A stretch of 64,000 nt of DNA from NCBI GenBank assembly GCA_964597145.1, contig CAZQWH010000002.1, positions 49,232 to 113,231 of the forward strand. Direction: 5' to 3'. Every line of letters begins with the position of its first letter. Positions within the stretch are counted from its first letter, which is position 1. The notes under the pieces were generated by a model. It saw nothing but the letters and a program-made list of their open reading frames with translations, had not been told where the DNA came from and ran no database searches. The position numbers and the translations under genes were made by a program. Of the stretch, positions 19,700 to 30,345 are shown one piece after another. This stretch comes from an uncultured Candidatus Saccharibacteria bacterium. Lineage in GTDB: Bacteria > Patescibacteriota > CAZHWT01.

Positions 19700-20884
19700 A
19701 TGAACATTGCCCTCGGCTCCACATCCCTCTATAAAAAAGAAATTTTACAGAAAGCTCTTAAAGGCAAGTTAGCCTATTGGGATATTGAAAGCGTAGAAGC
19801 TCGATCCGGAGTTTCCGATCAACCACTCAGTATTGAAGAGACTATTACCGGCGCAACCAACCGAGCCAAAACAGCTTTAAACCAACAACCCAACGCTGGC
19901 CTGGCAGTGGGCATGGAAGGTGGACTAGAGCTAATTGGCGGTATTTACAACCTAGTGTGTGCTGTGGCGTTTTGGGATGGAGAGCGGCTAATAATCGGCC
20001 AAAGCGGCCATCTGCCTCTACCTCGAGCTGTTTCGGATAAAATAAAACAAGGCGGAAAGCTTGGCCAGCTCATCCGTCAATATCAAAAGACCGCTCCACC
20101 TGAAGAAGGGGAACGCCTCAAGCAACTAATCTCCCGCGAATTATCGTTTACTTCGGCAATCAATGATGCTCTACCTAAACTAGATGTCGGCAAAGTTAAC
20201 TCCTTAGTCGCCTGGGCTAGCCCTCAGCTTCAACCAGGTATAATAGCTCCTAAGTTGTTAAAATTAGCGGCAATTATATCCGGATTCTACGTATTAACCG
20301 CGCCAGTCATTATAGTTTATGGACAAGCTTGGGGGAGGCCAGAGGTCTTTGCGAAACTAAGTGTTCTCATTCCTGCCTCATTAGGCCTCATTCTATTAAG
20401 TATACTTTCAATATTATCTATACCTTTAACCAAATCTAAGTCCGATCTTCGTCGAAGCTTGACCCTGATTGCTATTGCCACAACCTTACTACTAGCCGTC
20501 AATATTCCGTTAGTAGTCACAGTAATTGATGCCGTTGTGACTGATGTCGGCTCCATTGGATTAATCGCAATGGCCTGGACGCCTATCATTTACATCGTTG
20601 GACTCGTTGTGTTTGGCTTACTTGGGTTGGCTTTGAGGCAAGCAGGCATCTACAGTATCGTCTCCATGGCCACAATAACCTACCTGTTGATTGGAACCAT
20701 GGGCATTGTCCAAAGTTATTGGATACTAGCTCATGCAAGCGGCGTATCAATATTTATTATCCCCACCTTACTTCTTGGTCTACCGTGGAGCATCGGCTTA
20801 TGGCACTTAGCCGATGAACTAGATGCCACTATAAATCCACGAGGTGTTAAAGTTTCAGCTTTTTATAAAGTTGATAAAGTCTAG
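19700..20884 (+). CDS. YjjX/DUF84-like non-canonical NTP (ITP/XTP) pyrophosphatase domain fused to a C-terminal polytopic membrane domain
   Basis: N-terminal ~170 aa align with the E. coli YjjX sequence as recalled ('SGVSDQPLSIEETITGATNRAKTAL' vs '[24 protein letters not shown]'); C-terminal ~220 aa has about 6 TM helices. Confidence 0.65.
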   Translation: MNIALGSTSLYKKEILQKALKGKLAYWDIESVEARSGVSDQPLSIEETITGATNRAKTALNQQPNAGLAVGMEGGLELIGGIYNLVCAVAFWDGERLIIGQSGHLPLPRAVSDKIKQGGKLGQLIRQYQKTAPPEEGERLKQLISRELSFTSAINDALPKLDVGKVNSLVAWASPQLQPGIIAPKLLKLAAIISGFYVLTAPVIIVYGQAWGRPEVFAKLSVLIPASLGLILLSILSILSIPLTKSKSDLRRSLTLIAIATTLLLAVNIPLVVTVIDAVVTDVGSIGLIAMAWTPIIYIVGLVVFGLLGLALRQAGIYSIVSMATITYLLIGTMGIVQSYWILAHASGVSIFIIPTLLLGLPWSIGLWHLADELDATINPRGVKVSAFYKVDKV

Positions 20885-20951
20885 AATAAAAAAGGTAGCC
20901 CTCCGCTGTTGCCAAAAGAATCGGAGGGCATGCTCTAGCTAGCTGTTAATG

Positions 20952-21338
20952 CTAGCAGGAAATATCGATGCGATCCCATGTGTCGCTAAACCATCCCCCC
21001 GTCAGCTGATGTTGGCCCTTGTTGATCCACGAGTAGCCTCCATCATAGGAAAAGAGGAGATTCACGTAGCCTTGCCAAAGCCACCCATCAGGATGAATGT
21101 GGTAGCCTTCGCTGAGACTCCACGTCACCGTCCAGGTATGATTCTGTTGCTGCCCGTTGGAATCTGTGCCGAAGACTTGGATTTCGTTGGAGTTGTTCGG
21201 ATACGACAGTGAGCTGCACTTGACATAGATCTCCTTACTGGTTGCCGCCATAGCCGGCTGCGCCGACAGGCCGAAACTGACCAGCAACATGAGTGAGGCC
21301 ACCAAGACAATTGCCGAAGTCTTGAGCTTGCGCAGCAT
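20952..21338 (-). CDS. Secreted hypothetical protein
   Basis: Signal peptide 'MLRKLKTSAIVLVASLMLLVSFGLSAQPAMAA'; Trp/Gly-rich mature part. Confidence 0.5.
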   Translation of the reverse strand: MLRKLKTSAIVLVASLMLLVSFGLSAQPAMAATSKEIYVKCSSLSYPNNSNEIQVFGTDSNGQQQNHTWTVTWSLSEGYHIHPDGWLWQGYVNLLFSYDGGYSWINKGQHQLTGGWFSDTWDRIDISC

Positions 21339-21484
21339 GTCTCTACCTTTCTGCGTCTCTAAAGTTTGGCAACTTGACCACCTTACCAAGGCCAGAAAAA
21401 TCAGTCAAGCTTTGCATTTATCTGACATTCATTTTAAACTGTAAGGGCTGGTTTGCTCGGTTACAACACTTGATTGGCTGTTAA

Positions 21485-23233
21485 ATGTCTCGACTTCTAC
21501 TATTTTCACTTGCCAGAAAAAAGCTATTTTTCCATAAATTTAAAACTTTTATCATTGCACTCCCGGTGGCAATTTTAATTGCTATTATTGTTGCATTGGC
21601 GGGTTGGGTGGGTGGGCTACAATACACCATTCAAAAAGAAGTACTAGAACCAATTGAACAGCAGCAGGTTTTAATTGGAGTGAATGAATCCTCGGGTGGA
21701 TCAGCTCGTAATGATCTCGAACTAAAGGGAGCTTGGGGCTGGGACTCTACAGATGAGAAATTAATTGCAAAAGCATTAAAGATTCCCGGCATAACATCTA
21801 TAACACCCCATCTCTCATTAAGTTATTCCTCAAATGCAACAATTGATGGTATAGATAAAGTCTTTGAGCAGTATGATCTATGGACATTGGATGAATCCTT
21901 GGCAGAATTATACGGAGTAAAAGACTTTGATTACACTGCTGGACAACTAATTCCAATAATTATTGGTGAAAACTTCTTGCGAGAGTTAAAGTTAAGCGGT
22001 AAAAAAGTTTCAGTTCAAGAGCACATATTTAATGAACCTGATGGCATGACTGAGACTATAGACAATAGCGACTTACTCAATAGTAGCTTAATTGGTAAAT
22101 CAGGCACACTCAGCCTCCCACTCCTTCCACCTGAGCCACAAATAGTAAACGACCAAATTGTGAGAAATAGGATTGTACAAAGAGAAGAAAAGAGGTTGAT
22201 TACGGCTGAACAGTTAGCTGCCTATCGGCGGGCCATCGATGAGGTAATTTCTCCATATTGGAATATTAATTCCCTCAAAGAACCGGCTCTATTTAGGTTT
22301 CAGGTTGTAGGCATAGACAAGTCTGGTGGGCTGTCAGCCTTTATTCCAGAAGATGCCTTAGTTAGCATTATGCAGGAGTTGCAAAACCGACAGCAAAAGG
22401 CGAGGACGGCGACGGAAATTCCAGCCGAACTCATGCAAGAACAGATATACGCCAGCCTGATTCATGATAATCAAATCCGGTTTTCGAGCGGCTTGATGCA
22501 CGATATAATCATCACCGCCAATAAGCTAGAGAAGCCCACCTTTACCATCCCCGGACTGTTAGGTAAGGCCACAAAAGATGCTGAGGGTAATGTGACTTTT
22601 ACTGAGGTGGTCGACTACAAAATAACCAAAGACAGCTTTGTAAATCCGTTTTTGGTGGCTCGCATCTCAAATTACAGCCAGCGCGAACGCATTACAACAG
22701 AGCTGCAAAATATCGGCCTGTTTCCAGGAAGTATTAGTCAGTTTTCTGAGTATGACCGCTTATTCGGCATACTTATGGGAGCTTTGGGTATTGGATTAGG
22801 AGTTATAAGTATTCTTGTGGCCATAGTCTTATTTATCTTGTGTTGGGGGTATATAGCCGACTCTAACCAGGAAATCGGCGCATTGCGAGCGTATGGCCTG
22901 CGCCTTGGTGGAGCAAGACGATTGATAGCCTGGCAACTAGGGATGATATTATCCGCAGGCCTTACCATAGGAGTCTTGATTGGCATAGGCCTGATGTACA
23001 CACTTTCAGGGGCTGTGGCTAATTTTGTTAATACTACATTGCTGGAGTCGGTTGGCTACACCGAACTCTTAGACGGAGTTAAATTTGCAGCCAACGATTT
23101 AACCCATATTAATTGGCAATTAGCTGGGATAGGAACAGTCGCAGCACTGCTTTTGCCAATCATTTTATCTCTAATTGCCTCATATAAGAGATTGCAGTTA
23201 AATCCAGTGGAAGCGCTGAAAAAAGATGCCTAA
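21485..23233 (+). CDS. ABC transporter permease, FtsX/MacB-like (large extracytoplasmic domain plus C-terminal FtsX helices)
   Basis: N-terminal TM, ~400-aa extracytoplasmic region, C-terminal 3-TM FtsX-type domain; in an operon with the ABC ATPase. Confidence 0.8.
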   Translation: MSRLLLFSLARKKLFFHKFKTFIIALPVAILIAIIVALAGWVGGLQYTIQKEVLEPIEQQQVLIGVNESSGGSARNDLELKGAWGWDSTDEKLIAKALKIPGITSITPHLSLSYSSNATIDGIDKVFEQYDLWTLDESLAELYGVKDFDYTAGQLIPIIIGENFLRELKLSGKKVSVQEHIFNEPDGMTETIDNSDLLNSSLIGKSGTLSLPLLPPEPQIVNDQIVRNRIVQREEKRLITAEQLAAYRRAIDEVISPYWNINSLKEPALFRFQVVGIDKSGGLSAFIPEDALVSIMQELQNRQQKARTATEIPAELMQEQIYASLIHDNQIRFSSGLMHDIIITANKLEKPTFTIPGLLGKATKDAEGNVTFTEVVDYKITKDSFVNPFLVARISNYSQRERITTELQNIGLFPGSISQFSEYDRLFGILMGALGIGLGVISILVAIVLFILCWGYIADSNQEIGALRAYGLRLGGARRLIAWQLGMILSAGLTIGVLIGIGLMYTLSGAVANFVNTTLLESVGYTELLDGVKFAANDLTHINWQLAGIGTVAALLLPIILSLIASYKRLQLNPVEALKKDA

Positions 23234-23242
23234 TTAATTTTT

Positions 23243-24982
23243 ATGCGAAGATTCAATTACTTTTTTACCATACTGCCTTGGAAAAGAATGAGAACAAATA
23301 AGGCAAAGTTCGGGGTCATGTCGTTGCCACTAATTTTGCTGGCGATAGTCATTACATTGCTCAATGTTGCCCAAACTAGCTATGCGCATATTGTGAACCA
23401 GCGCATTTTACCAGCCATTGAAGATAGAGAGCGGATATTCAGCTTGAAGAAGCAAAACAGTATGGATCTCGAGTATTATGTTCCATATTACACGGAAGAA
23501 GATATGACAGCTTTACGAGGAATTGGCACTATTTCTGACGTGTTGGAAGTAAGGCCCTCATTGCTGACGCCTGCAACTACCGATTCGCTAATTGATGGAG
23601 AATCGATTGTATTGCAGGATTTTCGCGGGGTATCAGATAAAGCTGTAGAGTTAATTGGGGTGGAAGATTTTACCTTTACTGAGGGACAACCAATTCCAGT
23701 AGTGATTGGCATAGAAGCCTTGAAACAGTACAAAGACATTGTAAACGTAAGTAATGATACCAGCGCGAAGCAAAAGGAGGAGTTGTTGGCAGATTACCAG
23801 CGCACCAGCTCTTTTACTAGTAATTATCCTCACCGAGATACGGTTAACCAGATTAAAAATAAACAATTTACATTTACCCTTGGTACGATAGATCAATCAC
23901 CAATTCTGTATCATAGTATTCAACCAAGCGATGTACCTTACTCGTTCATCTCTGGCGAATCTCGCCAGGCCATACAAAATCAGACTAGAAGATTAATCGA
24001 GCAATATTGGGACTATGACAACTTGGCTAAGGGGATAGAGGTCAAAGCAAAGGTGGTGGGCATTGATTACTCTCTGAACAAATCGGTAATTAGCTTGCCA
24101 TATGAAGCAGTAGAATATTTACACCAAAGCCTACTTGACCATCAACAATCTGCTTTATTACCAGGCGCAACTATTGACTCGGTCGGTAGCATATATCACG
24201 GCATTGAAGTTGCATCTGAGGGGATACAGTCGAGATATGAGGGTGATGGTGAACTTATTGCGACCGAAACGATGGCAGAGATACTTCCAAACGTTTATGT
24301 CCCAGGCTTGTATTACTCAATAAATCAGAATGATGCAAAAACAATCCTAAATACTCCGCCAAGCTTGAGCAACATAAAAACCTCTGAGATTAACGTAGTA
24401 ATGACCAATGCTTCACAGCTAAATAACACTATTAATGGGCTTGTCGGGCAAGGGTTAATCGGAGGCTTCCAGGCTGCCAATATTTACACTAGCTACACTG
24501 GCTTTAGTGAATCATTAAAGTCTTTTGCTTTTTACGTTTCCATGATATTAGTAATCATTTGTGTTGTAATCACTTTATTTTTAATGCTGCGCATCGCCAA
24601 AAACACTCAATACGAGACTGGAGTACTCAGAGTGATTGGAGCAACACAAGGGCAAGCACTTCTGCATACGACTGGTCTACTGTCATGGCAGCTATTTATC
24701 TCTGTAGCTGTTGGCGTTGGCTTGGGATATCTGACCGTGGTGGCTGCAGCTCCTCTAGTATCCAGTTATTTGCAGTATGGCAGCTATCTGGCCCTAGATC
24801 GAATACAAGACACTTACGGTATAGAGATTGTAATCCGAAATTTTGATGTATCCCAGATTGATCTTGCTTCACTCGCGACAAACTTAGGTTGGGTAATTGG
24901 CCTTTGCTTAATTGGAGTACTGCTTGCCATGCTTTTAACTGCACGAGTAATGCCGATTGACATTGTTTCGAAAAACAGATAA
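23243..24982 (+). CDS. ABC transporter permease, FtsX/MacB-like (paralogue of the upstream gene)
   Basis: Same architecture; 9 nt after the upstream permease gene. Confidence 0.8.
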   Translation: MRRFNYFFTILPWKRMRTNKAKFGVMSLPLILLAIVITLLNVAQTSYAHIVNQRILPAIEDRERIFSLKKQNSMDLEYYVPYYTEEDMTALRGIGTISDVLEVRPSLLTPATTDSLIDGESIVLQDFRGVSDKAVELIGVEDFTFTEGQPIPVVIGIEALKQYKDIVNVSNDTSAKQKEELLADYQRTSSFTSNYPHRDTVNQIKNKQFTFTLGTIDQSPILYHSIQPSDVPYSFISGESRQAIQNQTRRLIEQYWDYDNLAKGIEVKAKVVGIDYSLNKSVISLPYEAVEYLHQSLLDHQQSALLPGATIDSVGSIYHGIEVASEGIQSRYEGDGELIATETMAEILPNVYVPGLYYSINQNDAKTILNTPPSLSNIKTSEINVVMTNASQLNNTINGLVGQGLIGGFQAANIYTSYTGFSESLKSFAFYVSMILVIICVVITLFLMLRIAKNTQYETGVLRVIGATQGQALLHTTGLLSWQLFISVAVGVGLGYLTVVAAAPLVSSYLQYGSYLALDRIQDTYGIEIVIRNFDVSQIDLASLATNLGWVIGLCLIGVLLAMLLTARVMPIDIVSKNR

Positions 24983-25009
24983 GTAATTAGAAGGGTTAAA
25001 AGATTAATT

Positions 25010-25708
25010 ATGAGCCAAAACATACTTATTCAAACAACTGACTTAGTCAAGCAATATAAAGTAAAGCATCGTGAAATATTCGCCTTGAATGGGATTTCGA
25101 TTGAGGTAAAGAGTGGTGAGCGAGTGGCGGTGATGGGCCAGAGCGGTTCAGGCAAGAGTACCTTAATGCATATGATTGGAGCGCTAGATAAGCCGACCTC
25201 AGGTGCAATTACTGTGCTGGGTCAAGAGCTGAGCAAACTCAATGACAAGGAACTCTCGTTATTTCGTAATTCAAAAATAGGCTTTATTTTTCAGGACTTT
25301 AATTTGATTAACTATCTCTCAGTCGCAGACAATATTACCTTACCGTTACGAATACTGGGTAAAAGTAGTAGCGAAGCAGCTGAGAAGGCCAATGCCTTGC
25401 TCGACAAGCTGGGTATGGCTGATTTGTCGGACAGATACCCTCATCAGCTATCTGGAGGGCAAAAGCAGCGCGCGGCTGTGGCCCGAGCGCTCATCGTTGA
25501 CCCGGCAATAATTTTAGCTGATGAGCCGACTGCCAATCTTGATGAACAAAATAGCGAAGTGGTTTTGGATTTAATTCGAGGAATAGAAGTGGGCGAAGAC
25601 AAAGCTATGGTGATTGTGACTCATAACCATGACATCGCCCAGCAGTTTGACCGCATTATATATTTAAGTGATGGCAAGGTAACCACCAGATCTAATCTGA
25701 TCAACTAG
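25010..25708 (+). CDS. ABC transporter ATP-binding protein (MacB/LolD-type)
   Basis: Walker A 'GQSGSGKST', signature 'LSGGQKQRAAVARAL', Walker B 'ILADEPTANLD', H-loop 'VTHNHD'. Confidence 0.9.
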   Translation: MSQNILIQTTDLVKQYKVKHREIFALNGISIEVKSGERVAVMGQSGSGKSTLMHMIGALDKPTSGAITVLGQELSKLNDKELSLFRNSKIGFIFQDFNLINYLSVADNITLPLRILGKSSSEAAEKANALLDKLGMADLSDRYPHQLSGGQKQRAAVARALIVDPAIILADEPTANLDEQNSEVVLDLIRGIEVGEDKAMVIVTHNHDIAQQFDRIIYLSDGKVTTRSNLIN

Positions 25709-25893
25709 TCCAGGCCTCCTCAGATTTTTGGTATGATGTTAATTCAAAAAACCGTCCGAAGCGTTAAAGTGAGATGTAGGCTCGTATCTATGGGCGAAGC
25801 GATGATTATGGCATTGAATTGTACGCACCAAGAAATAGGGCGGGTGGCGTTGTAGCCACCCATTGGGGTTGTCTCTCAAACTGAGCAGTTGGA

Positions 25894-26499
25894 CTACTTA
25901 ATTAACTCAAAAGCCTGGCTAATCTGGGTGTCTATCGTAGCTAGGTTAATGGTTGGCCGGGGCATTTGGCTGGAGTACTCCAATCGGCCCTGGTACTGGC
26001 TGCGAAGATTATGGTGCCAACATTCCAAGCCACGCTTGGCCAGCTTCAGCCGCTTTCGATTGTCGCCGTGGCACAACTCGGGATTCGCGCGGTAAGTCTC
26101 GACGACTCTCAACCAAAAATCCACCTGCAGCCACCAGGACTTGATCGCCGTTTGGCTAAGCGCTTTGGTTCGTCTCAGCTCAACAACTATAGAGCTAGCT
26201 GTTGTCAATGCACGCTCCAACTCGACTGCTGCCCAAACTTGAGCCGCAGTCGATTCAACTTCTTCCAACCGGACCTTCATCTGCTGCCGATCATCCTCGT
26301 CACCTTCGGCCTCAACTGCCAGAGAAATAAGCGGTAGCTGCCGACGCAGGCGCTTAACATCAGTCATCACGGCGACAAAATTGGGACAATGCCGACTGCT
26401 TTCGGGGGCAACCTGCAATTTCAAGTTGTTAACCCAGGCTAACGCCGTCAACAAATCGAGCCGATGGTTATTTCCGGTAAATCGATACTCAACTCCCAT
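25894..26499 (-). CDS. Hypothetical protein on a GC-rich segment
   Basis: 201-aa ORF; several overlapping ORFs in other frames because of high GC, so strand and frame are uncertain. Confidence 0.3.
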   Translation of the reverse strand: MGVEYRFTGNNHRLDLLTALAWVNNLKLQVAPESSRHCPNFVAVMTDVKRLRRQLPLISLAVEAEGDEDDRQQMKVRLEEVESTAAQVWAAVELERALTTASSIVVELRRTKALSQTAIKSWWLQVDFWLRVVETYRANPELCHGDNRKRLKLAKRGLECWHHNLRSQYQGRLEYSSQMPRPTINLATIDTQISQAFELIK

Positions 26500-26686
26500 G
26501 GTGTCTCTCCTGAGAAAAAGTCAATACAGCACGTAAGTGAGGCGTATTATAGCACAGAACTAGCCAATGTAACCTGCTTTGCCAAGTTAGGATAAGATCA
26601 ACAACTACACCATTCAGCAGGCGCACACACCAATAGGTCAAAACCAGTAATGAGCCCTACTTTTCGGTGCGGTATATAATAAATAT

Positions 26687-27310
26687 ATGCGGTTAAATTA
26701 TAAAATACTGACAGCTATGTTGGGCGTACTACTAATTGTGATCTTGATTGGAGCCGGATACTATTTCGTAATGCAGCAAAATCAGCCAACCAATCAGTCA
26801 ACCAACAATAGCAATCAATCATCAACCCAATCTTCGCCAACTCCGACAGTCGCTCAGATAACAACTCCTACTCCGGCACAGACTGCTATCGAAGGCCAAT
26901 GTCAAAGCTCGCAATTACAACTTACTATATCGCCCGCTCCTGGGGGCGGCGCAGCCGGAAGCGTGTATTACCAAGTGCTACTCACCAATACCGGTATCCA
27001 AAGTTGTAGCCTGTATGGCTACCCCGGCGTGTCGCTGCTTAATAACCAAGGTCAGATGGTAGGCCAGCCTGCCGAACGCCAAGACTCGACCGTTAAAACC
27101 GTTACCCTCAACTCGGGACAAACCGCCGAATCAACCCTACGTATAACCCAAGACAACTTTGATCCTGGAGTATGCCAAGACGGCGTAACTCAAGTCAAAG
27201 TCTATCCACCTGGCAATACTGAACCCTTAATTTCTCATCCAACCATCGACCATTGGTGCCCTGGAATGAGCGTTAAGGCAGTCACGCTAAGCGGCACCAT
27301 CATTAATTAG
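26687..27310 (+). CDS. Membrane-anchored secreted protein, DUF4232-like
   Basis: N-terminal TM; Ser/Thr/Pro-rich linker; 'CQSSQLQLT...APGGGAAGSVYYQVLLTNTGIQSCSLYGYPGV' fits DUF4232 as recalled. Confidence 0.5.
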   Translation: MRLNYKILTAMLGVLLIVILIGAGYYFVMQQNQPTNQSTNNSNQSSTQSSPTPTVAQITTPTPAQTAIEGQCQSSQLQLTISPAPGGGAAGSVYYQVLLTNTGIQSCSLYGYPGVSLLNNQGQMVGQPAERQDSTVKTVTLNSGQTAESTLRITQDNFDPGVCQDGVTQVKVYPPGNTEPLISHPTIDHWCPGMSVKAVTLSGTIIN

Positions 27311-27702
27311 GGCATATTGCGATATCTTTAGTAAAGGCCTGCATTGCATCTTGCGTCATGCTAAGCGTTAGCAGCCTGTCAGCCTCTGGCTGCAAGAATC
27401 TTTTAAAGCCTCCATTGTTAGTAGCAATTAACGATCCAGCCACCCATTCAACCTCCGAGGTTAAACGTGCTTGAACCTAGGTTGCTTGATGTAATATTTA
27501 TGTACCTTGTCATTCCCGGCTTGACCGGGAATCCGAGCGCCGAGTGACTCCACACTTCTTAAATTGCCGCTGACACAGAGATAACCTTAAGTTTTAACTT
27601 TTGCGCTGTAGTTTCGACCCTTAACCTTTGCCCTTTGAATTTTGACGTCCCTTCACGTTTGCTTGGTTACAGGTACAGAGTTAACGGTATACAATAGACA
27701 AC

Positions 27703-28920
27703 ATGTATACACCTTCATCCCAAATTTTAGCCAACTATGCCGATGTACTGGTTAATTTTGCCCTCAATAGTGGTGAAGGTATCAAATCTGGTGAAGTGGT
27801 GTATGTAAGTGCTCCAGAAATTGCCAAACCCTTGTATGCTGCACTTATACACGCCATTATTGATGCTGGCGGACATTATATTGGCGGTTATCACCCCAGT
27901 GTGGACGACCGATATAATATCGGTCGCGATTTTTACGAGCAGGCTAATCCAGACCAAATCACCTTTTTCCCCGAGAAGTATTATCGGGGGCTAATTGACC
28001 AGATTGACCACCAGTTAATGGTCATCGCCGACACCGATAAACAAGCTCTTAAGGGTATTGATCCTCAAAAAATTATGGCACACGGTAAAGCCATGAAACC
28101 ATACATGGAGTGGCGAGATATTAAAGAAGGTCAGGGGAAATTCACTTGGACTCTAGGCCTATACGCCACCGAAGCTTCGGCTAAAGAAGCCAGTATGTCG
28201 TTAGAGGAGTATTGGCAGCAAATTATTCAAGCCTGCTATCTAGACACCGACAACCCGGTGGAGGAGTGGCGGTCAATGTCCAAGCAGGTTGAAGAAATCA
28301 AAAATTGGCTAAACGACCTAAAGATTGAAACAGTGCATATCCATGGCGAAGACGCTGATTTGCGGATTAAAATTGGTCAACATCGGGCCTGGATGGGCGG
28401 TAGTGGTCGCAATATTCCTTCTTACGAGTTATTTACTTCACCCGACTGGCGCGGCACCCAAGGCTGGATTCGCTTTAACCAGCCCCTGTACCGCTACGGT
28501 AATTTAATTACCGGCATTGAACTTACGTTTAAACAAGGCAGGGTAGTCCAAGCTAAAGCCAAGGAAAATGAAGCCGTCCTCAAAGAGATGATTGCCACCG
28601 AAGGGGCAGATAAGTTAGGCGAGTTCTCGTTAACTGACGCCAGATTCTCTCGTATTACCCGGTTTATGGCTGAAACTTTGTTTGATGAAAACATTGGCGG
28701 CGAGTTTGGCAACACCCACGTGGCCTTGGGTAAATCGTATCACGATTGCTACAGTGGCAACCCAGCCGATTTAAATGACGAAAAATTAGCCCAAGACCTG
28801 GGATATAACGACTCATCCGTCCATACCGACGTTATTTCCACCACCAACCGCACCGTTACCGCCACTTTGCCCGACGGTAGTCACAAGATCATTTACCGCG
28901 ACGGACAGTTCCAACGGTAA
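27703..28920 (+). CDS. Aminopeptidase, M29 (AmpS/PepS/aminopeptidase T) family
   Basis: Length ~405 aa and N-terminal region 'LANYADVLVNFALNSGEGIKSGEVVYVSAPEIAKPLYAAL' consistent with M29 as recalled. Confidence 0.65.
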   Translation: MYTPSSQILANYADVLVNFALNSGEGIKSGEVVYVSAPEIAKPLYAALIHAIIDAGGHYIGGYHPSVDDRYNIGRDFYEQANPDQITFFPEKYYRGLIDQIDHQLMVIADTDKQALKGIDPQKIMAHGKAMKPYMEWRDIKEGQGKFTWTLGLYATEASAKEASMSLEEYWQQIIQACYLDTDNPVEEWRSMSKQVEEIKNWLNDLKIETVHIHGEDADLRIKIGQHRAWMGGSGRNIPSYELFTSPDWRGTQGWIRFNQPLYRYGNLITGIELTFKQGRVVQAKAKENEAVLKEMIATEGADKLGEFSLTDARFSRITRFMAETLFDENIGGEFGNTHVALGKSYHDCYSGNPADLNDEKLAQDLGYNDSSVHTDVISTTNRTVTATLPDGSHKIIYRDGQFQR

Positions 28921-29017
28921 GCGACTTATAACATATATATCTTCTAGTTTGACTAATGAAGTATAATTTTCTAGCCAAGCAAACGGTGCTTGGCCGTTTT
29001 CACATGGAGAGAGTCTC

Positions 29018-29236
29018 ATGATTACGCACCAACATTCCAAACCAATCTTGTATCATGACGGGTCAGTCAAAAGAGACGAACTGCGCAAAGCGTTACTCGA
29101 TGCCAAGCAGGCATACACCGAGCGCCAGACTAGCTTGCCTGGCACGGCAGTGGTAGTGCAAGACGGCAACTGCTATCATAGTGCGCAAAGTGTTCAAGCA
29201 TTGCTGATTGTCCGGCTGCGTGGCTATAACCACTAG
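29018..29236 (+). CDS. Small hypothetical protein
   Basis: 72-aa ORF preceded by 'GGAGAGAG'. Confidence 0.3.
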   Translation: MITHQHSKPILYHDGSVKRDELRKALLDAKQAYTERQTSLPGTAVVVQDGNCYHSAQSVQALLIVRLRGYNH

Positions 29237-29316
29237 AGGACTATCAGTTTAAGGCCAGGGTGCTCGCCGCTGGCGGGTACCCTTTTTGATTACCTTAGAT
29301 ATTCACCACGAAGCTT

Positions 29317-29841
29317 TTATTTCGTCTTTTTGTCCGCTTCAACTTTTTTGCTTTTGGTGCGTCTAATTGGAGTCAGCTGAGAAGCAATCCCAATCGCTGC
29401 ACTCACTAAAACTGTATTTTTAATAATATACTGGCCCTCCAAGGTGGGCACCAACCAGCCTTGCCAAACCATATCAGGAGTTAGGGCTAAGGGCAAGGCA
29501 GTACTAACCATATGCGGCAAAAGTAGAGCAATGGCGGCGCGCTCAAACCCTTTAATAATAAAGGTTAAGCCAATCACCACCTCGTACACGCCAAAGGCCA
29601 TATAAAATTCATCAAAGGGGATGAAGGGTATTGTTTGATCGTGCAAGGCTTCAACTAGCGGCGTGGCGGGGGAGAGACCAAAGACTTTAAGTGCCCCAAA
29701 CCAGGCAAAAACAATAAATAAGGCCACACGGGCGCTAGGCAGAAACGCCTTACGCATGGCACCGATAATATGAACGTCGAGGGATGATAGGCCACTTTTA
29801 CTCACTGGTTCAGTATAATCTATCAACCAAGCTAACGCCAT
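29317..29841 (-). CDS. Small integral membrane protein (DUF417/YkgB- or DoxX-like)
   Basis: 174 aa, 4 TM helices, Lys-rich C-terminus; a heptamer array lies immediately 5' of its start. Confidence 0.5.
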   Translation of the reverse strand: MALAWLIDYTEPVSKSGLSSLDVHIIGAMRKAFLPSARVALFIVFAWFGALKVFGLSPATPLVEALHDQTIPFIPFDEFYMAFGVYEVVIGLTFIIKGFERAAIALLLPHMVSTALPLALTPDMVWQGWLVPTLEGQYIIKNTVLVSAAIGIASQLTPIRRTKSKKVEADKKTK

Positions 29842-29843
29842 GG

Positions 29844-29882
29844 GAGGTCAGAGGTCAGAGGTCAGAGGTCAGAGGTCAGAGA
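29844..29882. repeat. Heptanucleotide tandem array (AGGTCAG, 5 units)
   Basis: 'gaggtcagaggtcagaggtcagaggtcagaggtcagag' read directly; begins 3 nt upstream of the 29841 start codon. Confidence 0.9.
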
Positions 29883-30001
29883 AGGCAGTTTAGCACATGG
29901 TTGGCAGTGCAAATTAAACGGGGAATCCAATGTATTTCTTAATGTCATACTTGTTAACCTCCGCCGCCTGGTGGCTCATTTTATAGATTCAACCTATTAC
30001 T

Positions 30002-30070
30002 CACCCTTCATCCAATTATCTGAGTTAATTTGGCAAACGTATATACGTCCGTATATACGTTTTTTAAGCT
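30002..30070 (+). repeat. Dispersed ~70-nt element: TTATCTGAGTTAATT box plus perfect hairpin AACGTATATACG-N3-CGTATATACGTT and T-run (terminator-like)
   Basis: Near-identical copy at 51970..52040. Confidence 0.75.
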
Positions 30071-30243
30071 ACAAGGTTTCATACTTATTCGTCATTCCCA
30101 ACTCCTGCTCGCAACGCTTCGCTTACGATAGCCGATGGGCGATCGGGAATCTAAAACGTTATCAGCTCATTCAACACTTTTAATTCCCGCCGGAGGTTAT
30201 GCTGCACTAGATTCAGTGCGGGAATGACAGGAAGGGTGTCGGG

Positions 30244-30345
<102 letters not shown>

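Noticed and set aside
25953-26337. Several plus-strand ORFs (63 and 123 aa) in the 25.9-26.5 kb GC-rich patch
   Set aside because: Overlapping open frames are typical of high-GC DNA. Only the longest minus-strand ORF was kept, and that with low confidence.
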